Assembly: GCA_964383565.1 (NCBI GenBank) | Contig: CAYLIK010000001.1 | Coordinates: forward strand, 1,019 to 65,018 | DNA from: an uncultured Sphingomonadaceae bacterium | Lineage (GTDB): Bacteria > Pseudomonadota > Alphaproteobacteria > Sphingomonadales > Sphingomonadaceae | DNA: 64,000 nucleotides | Direction of reading: 5' to 3' | Shown here: piece after piece, positions 1 to 9,795 of the stretch | How the letters are laid out: every line of letters begins with the position of its first letter | Numbering within the stretch: position 1 is the first letter of the stretch | Notes under the pieces: generated by a model | Database searches by the model: none | The model's input: only the letters and a program-made list of their open reading frames with translations | What the model was told of the DNA's origin: nothing | Program-made: the position numbers and the translations under genes

Positions 1-757
1 GCATGCGGACGGCTAGGATGCCGTTCCAGCAGCTTGCGGCCGCCAGACCGCCGGCTTGCTCCAGCGCCTGCCGCAGTGGATCGAGGAGGGCAGCCGCCTT
101 CGCCGCGACATGCAGGATCACCGCCATCGCGCAGCCGCCATTGCCGATCGCGCGGCGGGTCGTGAGCTGATCGACCGCGCCGTCGAGCCTGAGCGTGTCG
201 GCGTAGATCAGCTTGCCCTGGCGGGTGATCCGCAGCGAATCCGAAAGCGCGCCTTCGCGCATCCGTTCGTTCATGGCGGTACGGCCAAGCACGATCGCCT
301 CGACGCCCAGAAAGCTGGCATCAGCACCCATGCTGACCTGCGTGTCCCGCCGCAGGCGGGCGCGATCGAACAGGATGGTTTCCTGCGGCAGCCATTCAGC
401 CTCAGCGCCGTCCGCGACGGTGAGGCCGGTTTCGATGGTGCAGCCCTGCGCGAGTGCGCGATAAACCTTCTCTGCTGCCTGGGTGCTTACGATCCCCCTG
501 CTCCCGGCATCCCACGCGATGCGCTGGCGGAGCTGGTCGCCTTCGGCGAGGCCGCCGCTGGTGTTGATGAGCACAGCGCAGGGGCGGTCGCCCTCCATCC
601 GGCGGGGGACACGGAGCCGCAGGCAGCCTGACTGGTAGCTGCGCGCAAGACTCGTTCCTCGTGGATTTAAGGCGAAACTCATGTCGATTTCGCCCCGGCT
701 GCGGACCCGTTGGGGAATGAAGCGCGGCGCGGCGCCATGGCCGCCGCCTTCCATCAT
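1..757 (-). CDS. ureD: urease accessory protein UreD/UreH; C-terminal end runs off the window start
   Basis: Absent from the ORF track because no stop lies inside the window. Manual reverse translation from ATG at 757 gives MMEGGGHGAAPRFIPQRVRSRGEIDMSFALNPRGTSLARSYQSGCLRLRVPRRMEGDRPCAVLINTSGGLAEGDQL... The frame stays open to position 1. The SGGLxxGD core is typical of UreD. The + strand ORF 56..631 is its antisense shadow. Confidence 0.7.
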   Translation of the reverse strand, partial: MMEGGGHGAAPRFIPQRVRSRGEIDMSFALNPRGTSLARSYQSGCLRLRVPRRMEGDRPCAVLINTSGGLAEGDQLRQRIAWDAGSRGIVSTQAAEKVYRALAQGCTIETGLTVADGAEAEWLPQETILFDRARLRRDTQVSMGADASFLGVEAIVLGRTAMNERMREGALSDSLRITRQGKLIYADTLRLDGAVDQLTTRRAIGNGGCAMAVILHVAAKAAALLDPLRQALEQAGGLAAASCWNGILAVRM

Positions 758-1109
758 TCCGAGCTGATCCACGTGATACACGAGCGCCAACGTCCTCCGC
801 CTGCCTGTCCTGTTAAAGCGGCATCGGCTCCTGACGCTGGGGCATATGACGTATTGACCCTGCGACCTTCCGACCGCCGCGGACTCGCCCTTGGCGGATC
901 TCAGCATGTCACAGCCTGTCCGCTTTTGCGATGCACAAATTTTGGGCTGGCCGACTCGCAAAACCATCTCGTGAGATGGGGAGCGTAGCCCGGCATCAGC
1001 GTCTCTACGTCAAATTACCCATGGCCGATGATGTTGCGGCGCAGCACCTTCAACCCCGGTGACGCGAGCCGAAGGGCGCCGCGGGCGCAATCAAGCGGGG
1101 AGATCAGAT

Positions 1110-2339
1110 ATGGGGACCAAAATGCGCAAGAGTCGAATCCTGGTTATGATGATGGCGAGCGCGGCTATGCTCACGGCCTGCTCCAAGGGTGGTGAGGGCG
1201 GCAACACCGCCGAGGCCGCCGGCGATGCCGTCAAGGTAGGCATCCTCCACTCGCTCTCGGGCACGATGGCGATCAGCGAAGTAACCGTGAAGAACGCCAC
1301 CCAGCTTGCGATCGACGAGATCAATGCGGCCGGCGGGGTGCTCGGCAAGCAGATCACGGCAGTGACCGAGGACGGCGCGTCCGATCCCGCGATCTTCGCG
1401 CAGAAGGCGTCCAAACTGGTCTCGGATGACGGCGTCGTCACCGTGTTCGGCGGATGGACCTCGGCCAGCCGCAAGGCGATGCTGCCGGTGTTCGAGAAGA
1501 CCGCCAACCTGCTCTGGTATCCGGTGCAGTTCGAGGGCAATGAATGCTCGCCCAACATCATGTATTCGGGCGCGCAGCCTAACCAGCAGGCGCTGCCGGC
1601 TTATGACTGGGCCAAGGAAAAGGGCTACAAGAAGATCTTCCTGGTGGGATCGGACTATGTCTATCCGCGCACCGCGAACCTGATCCTCAAGAAGCATATC
1701 GAGGCCGACAAGCTCACTTTGTCGGGCGAGGAATATCAGCCGCTGGGCGGCACCGAGTTCTCGGGCGTGATCGGCAAGATCAAGGCGGCCAAGCCCGATA
1801 TCATCATCAATACGCTGAACGGCGACAGCAACGTCGCCTTCTTCAAGCAGATGTCGGCGGCCAATATGGGGCCGAAGGTGTTGCCGGTGATGTCCTTCTC
1901 GATCGCCGAGCAGGAAGCGGTGGCGATGGGCCCGTCGCTGGTCGAGGGCGGCTACACGGCCTGGAATTATTATCAGAGCCTCGACACCCCGGCGAACGCG
2001 AAGTTCATCGAAGCCTACAAGGCCAAGTTCGGCAAGGATGCGGTGATCACCGATCCGATGATCCACGGCTATATCGATGTCTATGTCTGGAAGGCTGCGG
2101 TCGAAAAGGCGCAGAGCACCGATCCGGTCAAGGTCCGCGCCGCGGCGGTGACGCTTGACGCGATCGATACGCCGATGGGGCCGGTCAAGTTCAAGGATAA
2201 TAACAGCCTCGTCCAGACCGCCTATATCGGCGAATCACAGCCGGACGGGCAGTTCAAGATCATCTGGACCTCGCCCGCCGCAGTCGACCCGGATCCTTAC
2301 GATCCGGTCGCCTTCCCGGGAAAGACCTGCAAGATCTGA
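1110..2339 (+). CDS. urtA: urea ABC transporter substrate-binding protein UrtA
   Basis: ORF 1059..2339. A lipoprotein-like signal (MMMASAAMLTAC) is followed by VKVGILHSLSGTMAISE...GGWTSASRKAMLPVFE...YPVQFEGNECSPNI, a UrtA-type signature. It heads a 5-gene urt operon. Start moved to in-frame ATG 1110 behind GGGGAG. Confidence 0.85.
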   Translation: MGTKMRKSRILVMMMASAAMLTACSKGGEGGNTAEAAGDAVKVGILHSLSGTMAISEVTVKNATQLAIDEINAAGGVLGKQITAVTEDGASDPAIFAQKASKLVSDDGVVTVFGGWTSASRKAMLPVFEKTANLLWYPVQFEGNECSPNIMYSGAQPNQQALPAYDWAKEKGYKKIFLVGSDYVYPRTANLILKKHIEADKLTLSGEEYQPLGGTEFSGVIGKIKAAKPDIIINTLNGDSNVAFFKQMSAANMGPKVLPVMSFSIAEQEAVAMGPSLVEGGYTAWNYYQSLDTPANAKFIEAYKAKFGKDAVITDPMIHGYIDVYVWKAAVEKAQSTDPVKVRAAAVTLDAIDTPMGPVKFKDNNSLVQTAYIGESQPDGQFKIIWTSPAAVDPDPYDPVAFPGKTCKI

Positions 2340-2365
2340 CGGATAGGCCGCTTGTCGGACGGCCT

Positions 2366-2431
2366 TACCCTGCCTTCCGCCCTGTGCTGGACGGATGAGC
2401 AGCTCCCAAAGGATCGGGCGGAGGCAGGGTA
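2366..2431 (+). promoter_or_regulatory. intercistronic stem-loop between urtA and urtB
   Basis: TACCCTGCCTTCCGCCC (2366-2382) pairs with GGGCGGAGGCAGGGTA (2416-2431). This gives a 16-bp stem with one bulged T and a 33-nt loop. No T-run follows. Confidence 0.45.
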
Positions 2432-2456
2432 GTTATTAGAAGAGACAGGGCTCGCA

Positions 2457-3350
2457 ATGGATATCGCTTTCCTTACCGGCCAGGTGTTCAACGGTTTCAG
2501 CGTCGCCTCGCTCTACATATTGGCGGCGCTCGGGCTGGCGCTCAGCTTCGGGCTGATGCGCGTCATCAACATGGCGCATGGCGAGATCCTGATGGTGGGG
2601 GGCTATCTGGCCTATCTCACCATCCTCTGGGTTCCGGGGCCGCTCGGCATACTTGCGGGAATGCTCGTTGCGTTCCTCGGCGCGGGTATCCTGGGCGGCC
2701 TTCTTGAAGTGTCTTTGGTGAGCAAACTGACGTCGCGGCCGCTGGATACGCTGCTGGCCACATGGGGCGTGAGCCTCATCCTGCAGCAAGCGGTCCGAGA
2801 CATTTTTGGCGCGACCGGGGTTTCGGTCGCCGCGCCTGCCTGGCTCGACGGCGCGATCTCGATCGGCAGCCTCCAGCTTCCCTATGCGCGGCTTTTCATC
2901 CTGCTGGTGGCGATCGCGGTGTTGCTCGGGCTGGCGGCGCTGCTGCGCTTCAGCCGGATCGGGCTGCTGGTGCGCGCGGTCAATCAGGACCGGCCGACCG
3001 CCGCCGCGATGGGCGTGAACGTTAGGCAGGTGGACGCCTTTATCTTCGCGCTGGGCGCGGCGGTCGCCGGGCTTGGCGGCGTGGTGCTCGCGCTGCTCGG
3101 GCCGGTGACGCCCAATGTCGGGCAGAGCTATATCGTGACGGCGTTCCTTGTCGTGATCCTCGGCGGGCTCGGGAGCATCGTTGGCACCACCATCGCGGCG
3201 CTGATGATCGGGATGATCACCGCGCTTTCGCAGATCTTCGTCGATGTCAGCTTCGCGCAGGTGCTGACGTTGGTGTTCGTCGTCATCTTCCTCCAGTTCC
3301 GGCCGCAGGGCGTGATCGCGATCCGCTCCCGCGCGCTCGATGCCGAATAG
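2457..3350 (+). CDS. urtB: urea ABC transporter permease UrtB
   Basis: 297 aa, hydrophobic multi-TM LivH-type permease, second gene of the urt operon. Confidence 0.85.
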   Translation: MDIAFLTGQVFNGFSVASLYILAALGLALSFGLMRVINMAHGEILMVGGYLAYLTILWVPGPLGILAGMLVAFLGAGILGGLLEVSLVSKLTSRPLDTLLATWGVSLILQQAVRDIFGATGVSVAAPAWLDGAISIGSLQLPYARLFILLVAIAVLLGLAALLRFSRIGLLVRAVNQDRPTAAAMGVNVRQVDAFIFALGAAVAGLGGVVLALLGPVTPNVGQSYIVTAFLVVILGGLGSIVGTTIAALMIGMITALSQIFVDVSFAQVLTLVFVVIFLQFRPQGVIAIRSRALDAE

Positions 3351-3359
3351 GATCGCGTC

Positions 3360-4478
3360 ATGAACGCCCTTCCCTATCTCAAGCCTGCCGCCGGAGTGCT
3401 GGCGCTGGTCCTCGCGGTTGCGGCGCCGTGGATCCTGAGCGCTTACGACCTCAACCTTCTCGCGCGCTTCCTGGCGCTGTCGCTGACGGCGATGGGGCTG
3501 GTGCTGCTGTGGGGCGAGGGCGGCATTCTCAGCCTTGGCCAGGGCGTGTTCTTCGGGCTGGGCGGCTACGCGATTGCGATGCATCTCAAGCTCGCCGATC
3601 TCGGAACCGGCGAGCTTCCCGACTTCATGGTCTGGTCCGGCCTGACCGCGCTGCCCTGGTGGTGGGCGATGTTCAAGAGTCCGGTTGTCGCGGTGCTAAT
3701 GGTGTTCGTGGCGCCGGCGGCAATCGCGGCGCTGTTCGGCTGGGCGATGTTCCGGCGGCGGATCGGCGGCGTCTATTTCGCGCTGATTACCCAGGCGCTG
3801 GCACTTGCCTTCGCGACTTTGCTGATCAGCCAACAGGGCAAGACCGGCGGGTTCAACGGCCTGACCGATTATCACACGATGTTCGGCCTGAATCTCAATC
3901 TGCCGTCCACGACGCTGGGGCTTTACTACATCACGCTGTTGCTGGTGGTGGGCGCGTTCTTCGGGCTGCGCTGGCTGCTCGGGAGCCGCTTCGGCAAGCT
4001 GCTCCGCGCCAGTCGCGACGGTTCGAACCGGCTGCGTTTCCTCGGCTATGACCCGACCCCCTACAAGGTCGTCGCCTTCACCGTGGCGGCGATGCTGACC
4101 GGCGTGTCGGGCGCGCTGTTCACGCTCCATGCCGGGGTGATCTCGCCCGCGCTGGTGGGCGTGGTGCCTTCGATCGAGATGGTGATCTGGGTGGCGATCG
4201 GCGGGCGCGACAGCATCGCCGGGGCGCTGGCGGGCGCGCTGCTCGTCAACTTCGCCAAGGACAAGATCTCGACCGCCTTCCCCGAACTGTGGCTCTATGG
4301 GTTGGGAATTCTCTTCATCATTTCGGTGACGGCGCTGCCCAAGGGCTTAGCCGGCCTCTTCGGCCCCGATCATCCTTTCAAACCGGAGAAGTTCGGCGAC
4401 ATGTTCGCCCGCTGGCGGCGCGCCAGAGCGGCCAATGCGACGGTGCCGAAACCCACGCCCGAGGAGATCGCCGCATGA
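3360..4478 (+). CDS. urtC: urea ABC transporter permease UrtC
   Basis: 372 aa LivM-type multi-TM permease. Its stop overlaps the urtD start (ATGA at 4475-4478). Confidence 0.85.
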   Translation: MNALPYLKPAAGVLALVLAVAAPWILSAYDLNLLARFLALSLTAMGLVLLWGEGGILSLGQGVFFGLGGYAIAMHLKLADLGTGELPDFMVWSGLTALPWWWAMFKSPVVAVLMVFVAPAAIAALFGWAMFRRRIGGVYFALITQALALAFATLLISQQGKTGGFNGLTDYHTMFGLNLNLPSTTLGLYYITLLLVVGAFFGLRWLLGSRFGKLLRASRDGSNRLRFLGYDPTPYKVVAFTVAAMLTGVSGALFTLHAGVISPALVGVVPSIEMVIWVAIGGRDSIAGALAGALLVNFAKDKISTAFPELWLYGLGILFIISVTALPKGLAGLFGPDHPFKPEKFGDMFARWRRARAANATVPKPTPEEIAA

Positions 4479-5221
4479 GCGAGGCACCCATGCTCCAGCT
4501 CGAAAATGTCGTGGTCGATTTCGACGGCTTCAAGGCGATCAACGATCTGAGCCTGACGATCCCCAGCGGCAGCATGACCGTGGTGATTGGCCCCAACGGC
4601 GCGGGCAAATCAACGATGTGCGACTCGATCATCGGCCGCGTGCGGGCGACGTCCGGCCGGGTGCTGTTCCATGGCGAGCCCATCCAGAACGAGCTTGAGC
4701 ACAAGATCGTCGGCATGGGCATCTGCCGCAAGTTCCAGACGCCGGGCGTACTGGTCGGCCTGTCGGTGATCGACAACCTCACCATCGCCGCGACGCGCGA
4801 CCGGCGCTGGTGGACCTTCTTCGGCCGCAAGGGCGAGGCCGAGGCGCGGGCTCGCGCCGAGGAGATATTGGAGATGGTCTCGCTTACCGAACGGCGCGAC
4901 ACGATTGCTGGCAATCTCTCGCACGGCGAGAAGCAGTGGCTGGAGATCGGCATGGTGGTCGCGACCGAGGCTGAATTGCTGCTGCTTGACGAGCCGACCG
5001 CCGGCATGGGCGCGGCGGAAAGCACCCAGACCGCCGACATCATCAAGACGCTGATCGGCAAGCATGCTGTGCTGGTGATCGATCACGACATCGATTTCGT
5101 GTCGCAGCTCAACGGCCATGTCGTGGTGCTGCACCAGGGCAAGCTGCTGCGCGAAGGCACGCTCGACGAAATCCGCGCCGACGAGGAAGTCGCCGCGATC
5201 TACCTCGGGAGGGCCAAATGA
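4475..5221 (+). CDS. urtD: urea ABC transporter ATP-binding protein UrtD
   Basis: ORF 4289..5221 trimmed to Met63 (MSEAPMLQLENV). Walker A GPNGAGKST, signature LSHGEKQWLEIG, Walker B LLLLDEP. Confidence 0.85.
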   Translation: MSEAPMLQLENVVVDFDGFKAINDLSLTIPSGSMTVVIGPNGAGKSTMCDSIIGRVRATSGRVLFHGEPIQNELEHKIVGMGICRKFQTPGVLVGLSVIDNLTIAATRDRRWWTFFGRKGEAEARARAEEILEMVSLTERRDTIAGNLSHGEKQWLEIGMVVATEAELLLLDEPTAGMGAAESTQTADIIKTLIGKHAVLVIDHDIDFVSQLNGHVVVLHQGKLLREGTLDEIRADEEVAAIYLGRAK

Positions 5222-5934
5222 CCGACCTTCTCAACCTGCGCAGCGTCAGCTCCGCCTACGGCAAGAGCCAGGTGCTGTGGGACGTGGCGTTCGACCTCAA
5301 GCCCGGCGAGGCGGCGACGGTGCTCGGCCGCAACGGTGTCGGCAAGACGACTTTGCTCAAGACGATCATGGGGCAGGTGAAAGTCTCGGGCGGCTATATC
5401 TACTGGCGCGGCGACGAGATCACGGCGATGAGCGCGCATGAACGCTCGCGCGGCGGCATCGGCTTCGTCCCGCAGGGGCGGCATGTGTTTCCGCACCTGA
5501 CCGTGACCGAGAATATCGAGGTCGGCCTGTCGGCACTCAAGCGCAAGGGGTTCACCGGGCCGAAGAAGATTCCCGAGATCGTCTATGAACTTTTCCCGAA
5601 ACTCACCCAGATCGCCAACCGCAAGGCGGGCGTGCTTTCGGGCGGCGAGCAGCAGCAGCTCGCGATCGGGCGGGCGCTGGCGGGCCAGCCCTCGCTGCTC
5701 CTGCTCGATGAGCCGACCGAGGGCATCCAGCCCAACATCGTCCAGCAGATCGAGGATGCGCTGCTGCGTGTGCGGACGGAGCTTGGTGTCGCGATCCTGA
5801 TCGTCGAGCAGAATCTCGACTTCGCATGGAGCTTCGCCGACCGCTATTTCGTCATGCAGCGCGGCCGGATCGTGAGCCAGGGCAAGACTGCAGATCATGG
5901 TGCGGACGAAGTGGCCCATTTGGTGCACGTCTAA
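5218..5934 (+). CDS. urtE: urea ABC transporter ATP-binding protein UrtE
   Basis: Walker A GRNGVGKTT, signature LSGGEQQQLAIGRAL, Walker B LLLLDEP. ATGA overlap with urtD. Confidence 0.85.
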   Translation: MTDLLNLRSVSSAYGKSQVLWDVAFDLKPGEAATVLGRNGVGKTTLLKTIMGQVKVSGGYIYWRGDEITAMSAHERSRGGIGFVPQGRHVFPHLTVTENIEVGLSALKRKGFTGPKKIPEIVYELFPKLTQIANRKAGVLSGGEQQQLAIGRALAGQPSLLLLDEPTEGIQPNIVQQIEDALLRVRTELGVAILIVEQNLDFAWSFADRYFVMQRGRIVSQGKTADHGADEVAHLVHV

Positions 5935-6076
5935 ACCAGCGACCACGAAATCCCGTACCGAGCCACTTCACGTCAACGTCGAAAGCCGTGATCCATTCCG
6001 GCGGACGCGGCAAAAGGGGTTGGCAAGCCCATGAGCCTCCCCACATAAGGCGCGACAGGAACTGGAGGACCATGAA

Positions 6077-6988
6077 GTGGCGACATTGGGGATAAGCCCG
6101 GCGGAACGCGAGGCGATAGAGGCGTTCAAGCGCGACGTCGTCGAACCTTCGATGACCAGCCTTGTCATCCTCGATTTCTGGGCCGAGTGGTGCGGCCCCT
6201 GCAAACAGCTTGGCCCCGTTCTCGAAAAGGTGGCGCAGGAATATGCCAACCGCGGCGTCAAGCTCGTCAAGATCGACGTGGACGCCAACAAGGTGGTCGC
6301 GGCCCAGTTCCGGGTGCAATCGATCCCGACCGTGTATGCGGTATTCCAGGGCCAGCCGGTTGCGGACCTGACGCCGATGCGGAGCGAGAGCCAACTCAAG
6401 AAGGCGCTCGATCAGATATTGGCCCAGCTTCCGATTCAGGGCGAGGCGCAGCAGCAAGAACAGGATATCGCCCCGCTGATCGCGATGGGCGAGGAGGTGC
6501 TCGGTTCCGGCGACGCCGCCCGCGCGCTTTCGATCTTCGAGCAAATCGCCGAACTGGCGCCCGAATTGCCCGCCGCCACCGCCGGCCGCGCCCGAGCGCT
6601 CGTCCAGCTCGGTCGGAGCGAGGAAGCGCAGGCGTTGCTGGATGCCGTCGAAGGCGACGCGGCGAAGGATCCGGCAATCGCCCAGGCCAAGGCTGCGCTG
6701 GTGCTCGCCCGCGAAGCCGTGCCGGTCGACGATCTTGCTGGACTTACGGCGCAGGCAAACGCCAATCCCGACGATCTCGATGCGCGCTTCCGCCTCGCCG
6801 GCGGATTGATGGCAGTCGGCGATCGTGATCGCGCGGCGGACGCGTTGCTGGACATCATCCAGCGCGACCGCGAATGGAATGAGGGCGCCGCGCGCGACCG
6901 GCTGCTCAAGCTGTTCGAGGCGGTTGGCCTTGCGGACCCGTGGGTAAACGCCCAGCGCAGGCGCCTGTCGGCGATCCTGTTCGCGTGA
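6077..6988 (+). CDS. thioredoxin-domain protein with TPR-like C-terminal half (YbbN/CnoX-type co-chaperone)
   Basis: WCGPC active site near the N-terminus (DFWAEWCGPCKQL), then an Ala/Leu-rich helical repeat region. 303 aa. Confidence 0.8.
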   Translation: MATLGISPAEREAIEAFKRDVVEPSMTSLVILDFWAEWCGPCKQLGPVLEKVAQEYANRGVKLVKIDVDANKVVAAQFRVQSIPTVYAVFQGQPVADLTPMRSESQLKKALDQILAQLPIQGEAQQQEQDIAPLIAMGEEVLGSGDAARALSIFEQIAELAPELPAATAGRARALVQLGRSEEAQALLDAVEGDAAKDPAIAQAKAALVLAREAVPVDDLAGLTAQANANPDDLDARFRLAGGLMAVGDRDRAADALLDIIQRDREWNEGAARDRLLKLFEAVGLADPWVNAQRRRLSAILFA

Positions 6989-7614
6989 CCGTTCGGACAA
7001 CCCAACGCGTTTCGATCTTTCCGCTGGCGGGCGCGTTGCTTTTCCCGCGCCTCAGCCTGCCGCTGCACATCTTCGAACCCCGATATTGCGCGATGATTAG
7101 CGATTCACTGGCGCGTGACCGGCGTATCGGCATGATCCAGCCGCGTTCAGAAGATCTGGTGCCCGAATTGTTCGAGATTGGCTGCGTCGGCCGCATTTCC
7201 GCGGTCGAAGCGCTGGATGACGGACGCTATAATATCGTGCTGGAAGGCATCGCGCGCTTTCGCATCCACAGGGAGCTCGACGCCGCTACCCCGTTTCGTC
7301 AGGTCGAGGCCATTTTTGACTGCCTGCCCGATGATCCGGGCGAAACCCTGCCCCACATCCTGCGCGCTGATTTCGAGGGCGAGGCCAAGCGCTTTGCCGA
7401 CGCGCGCGGCATCCAGCTCGATTGGGATGCGCTGACGTCGCTCGACGACGAGACATTGATCAACGCTTCAGCCCAGGTAGCCCCATTCGACATCGCGTCG
7501 AAACAGGCGCTGCTTGAAGCGCCGACCCTGATCGATCGCGCGGACTTGCTCGTCCAGCTTCTCCGCTTTTTCCGCGAACAGGGTGAAGGCGACAGCCGGG
7601 CCACCCTGCAATAA
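6985..7614 (+). CDS. LON peptidase substrate-binding (N-terminal) domain protein
   Basis: FPLAGALLFPRLSLPLHIFEPRY motif of the Lon N-domain, with no ATPase or protease part. In-frame GTG at 6985 overlaps the upstream stop (GTGA). The ORF track starts at 6940. Confidence 0.7.
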   Translation: MTVRTTQRVSIFPLAGALLFPRLSLPLHIFEPRYCAMISDSLARDRRIGMIQPRSEDLVPELFEIGCVGRISAVEALDDGRYNIVLEGIARFRIHRELDAATPFRQVEAIFDCLPDDPGETLPHILRADFEGEAKRFADARGIQLDWDALTSLDDETLINASAQVAPFDIASKQALLEAPTLIDRADLLVQLLRFFREQGEGDSRATLQ

Positions 7615-7626
7615 CCACTGCGCACC

Positions 7627-8835
7627 CTAGATATTCATGCCCCGCAAGAGTCGGGGCATCTGGCCCGACTCGCCCCGCGCCTCGGACATGAAAAAATGCT
7701 TCAGTGGGGTGAAGCGTTCCACCGCCTGCATGCCGAAACGCCGAAGAGCGCGGGCGGGACGCCCCGATATGCCGAACAGCCGGGTGAACCCGTCAGTCGA
7801 CGCCGCGACCATCAGGCCGTCCAGCGCGCGCCAGCGTTCATAGCGCGCCAGCAGCTGCGCGTCGCCCGGATCGAGACCGAGCCGAGCCCCTTCCACCAGC
7901 ACCTCGGTCAATGTGGCGACATCACGGAGACCGAGATTAAGTCCCTGACCCGCGATCGGATGGATGCCGTGCGCGGCATCGCCGACCAGCGCCAGCCGAT
8001 CGGCCGTGATGACGGCGGAATGATGGAACCCCAGCGGATAGCTCGACCGGGGCGAGGCAAGCGCGATCTCGCCCAGCATCCCGCCCATCCGCTTCTGGAT
8101 TTCGGCGAGATAGGCGCGGTCGGGCAGGTCCAGATAGGCGGCGGCATCCTCCGCCCGCACCGACCATACCATGCAGCAGCGATTCCCCGGCAGCATCGGC
8201 AGCAGCGCGAACGGGCCGGCAGGATAGAAGATTTCGTGCGCGACATTGCCGTGCGGTCTCTCGTGCGTGATCGAAGCGATCATCGCGACATGATCGTACC
8301 GCCACTGCGCAACCCGGATGCCGGCCGCATCGCGGGTGGGTGAGCGCCGGCCTTCGGCGCCCACCAGCAGGCTGCCATGGACGATCCGCCCATCCGCGAG
8401 CGTCACATGGACGCCGCTTTCGTCACGAACGACATCCGCTGGCGTCGCTGGAGCAAGCAGGGTCAGGTTGGATGCGGCCAACGCCCGTTCGCGCAAAGCG
8501 GCGCGCACCGCACGGTTCTCGAACATGATGCCAAGCGCATCGTCATCCTCATCGGCGTTGAAGCCGAGCGATTCGGGGGACAGCCCATCGCGCACTTCGA
8601 TCCGCCGGATCGCGCAGCCCTGAGTTTCAAGCAGCGGCCCCACCCCGATCGCCTGGAGCATCCGCCATGACGCACTGGCGATGGCCGATGCGCGTCCATC
8701 GAACCCCGCCGCGAGCTGGGTCTCGGGATCGGCGGGATCGATCACGATAGAGGTGATGCCGTGCGCGTCGAGCGCGATGGCGAGCGTCAGCCCGACAAGC
8801 CCGCCGCCCAAGATGATGACTTCGCTGCGATCCAC
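7627..8835 (-). CDS. UbiH/UbiF/Coq6-family FAD-dependent ubiquinone-biosynthesis hydroxylase
   Basis: N-terminal ILGGGLVGLTLA FAD fingerprint and GDAAHGIHPIAGQGLNLGLRD motif. 402 aa. Confidence 0.8.
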   Translation of the reverse strand: MDRSEVIILGGGLVGLTLAIALDAHGITSIVIDPADPETQLAAGFDGRASAIASASWRMLQAIGVGPLLETQGCAIRRIEVRDGLSPESLGFNADEDDDALGIMFENRAVRAALRERALAASNLTLLAPATPADVVRDESGVHVTLADGRIVHGSLLVGAEGRRSPTRDAAGIRVAQWRYDHVAMIASITHERPHGNVAHEIFYPAGPFALLPMLPGNRCCMVWSVRAEDAAAYLDLPDRAYLAEIQKRMGGMLGEIALASPRSSYPLGFHHSAVITADRLALVGDAAHGIHPIAGQGLNLGLRDVATLTEVLVEGARLGLDPGDAQLLARYERWRALDGLMVAASTDGFTRLFGISGRPARALRRFGMQAVERFTPLKHFFMSEARGESGQMPRLLRGMNI

Positions 8836-8888
8836 AGCCCCCCTTAGCGTTGGGCCAAGGCTGCGTCACCTGCGAACCGCTCCGAAGG

Positions 8889-9737
8889 TCAGCCTTCGAT
8901 GGCCGCCTTCAACTCCGGCATCGTCTCGATCAGGTGGCGATCGTCGTGCTGCCAGGGGTGGAAACCGGGACGGAAGAAATGTGCCCAGCTGCGCAGGATC
9001 TGCCGCATCATGCCCGGACGGACAAAGCCGAACCAGAAGCCCGCGAGCCAGGCCTTGGGCCCGGTGATGCCATCCTGACGCAGCAACTCCGTCGTGCCGC
9101 ACCAGCGGTCCCAGAGGAAACGGCGGGTGATGAACAGCATCATCTTGCTGCGCACTGACCAACGCTTCCACTTGCTCCAGTCGCGCGTGGCCTGGATCCA
9201 GGCGTCGTAGGCAACGCCTTTATGTTCGACCTCTTCCATGCAATGCCAGCGCCACAGCACGGCCACTTCCGGATCGGCGCCGCGCATGTGACGCGGATTG
9301 GCCAGCACCTGATGCGCAAAAATGGCGGTGATGTGCTCAAGCGCGATCGTCCCGGCCAGACCGGCGATCGGCCCCCTCTGACGAAGAAGCTTCAAACGGC
9401 TATCCACGCGATCTTCAAGCGGGCTTACATCATAGCCGCTCTTCGTGATGCGTCGGTTTAGCGCCAGATGCTCACGGGCGTGCGCAAGCTCCTGCTTGAT
9501 GAAGCCATCGATCTCGGCCGCCAGTCGCGGGTCGGCATCCTTGCGGAAATGGCGCAGGGTCTCGATGAAGAAGGCTTCGCCATGCGGAAAGCTCGCTGAC
9601 ATGGCGTTGTAGAAAGCCGTGGCGACAGCATCATTGTCGAGCCACCAGCGGCGTTCGAGCGGTGTCCTGCTGAACCGCTCGTCGCGCGGTTGAATCGCGA
9701 CGGCTTCGGCAGCATCGATTGGGCCTAAATAGCTCAT
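8889..9737 (-). CDS. predicted metal-dependent hydrolase (PF10118-like, recalled family)
   Basis: ORF 8889..9785 trimmed to Met17 (MSYLGP). His/Glu-rich motifs QELAHAREH and MEEVEHK. The family assignment is from memory only. Confidence 0.5.
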   Translation of the reverse strand: MSYLGPIDAAEAVAIQPRDERFSRTPLERRWWLDNDAVATAFYNAMSASFPHGEAFFIETLRHFRKDADPRLAAEIDGFIKQELAHAREHLALNRRITKSGYDVSPLEDRVDSRLKLLRQRGPIAGLAGTIALEHITAIFAHQVLANPRHMRGADPEVAVLWRWHCMEEVEHKGVAYDAWIQATRDWSKWKRWSVRSKMMLFITRRFLWDRWCGTTELLRQDGITGPKAWLAGFWFGFVRPGMMRQILRSWAHFFRPGFHPWQHDDRHLIETMPELKAAIEG

Positions 9738-9795
9738 GGGCTGCGATATAGAGCGAGGGTTTTGCCGTAAAGTTAACGTTCTCAACGATTAAGGG

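Noticed and set aside
56-631. The + strand ORF of 191 aa at the window start.
   Set aside because: The opposite strand encodes a recognisable UreD with an open frame to the window edge. The + ORF has no motifs and starts with TTG.
931-946. ATGCAC-AAATT-TTGGG upstream of urtA as a sigma-54/NtrC-type promoter.
   Set aside because: Both invariant dinucleotides deviate from consensus (TG instead of GG at -24, and GG instead of GC at -12). The match is too weak to call without transcription-start data.
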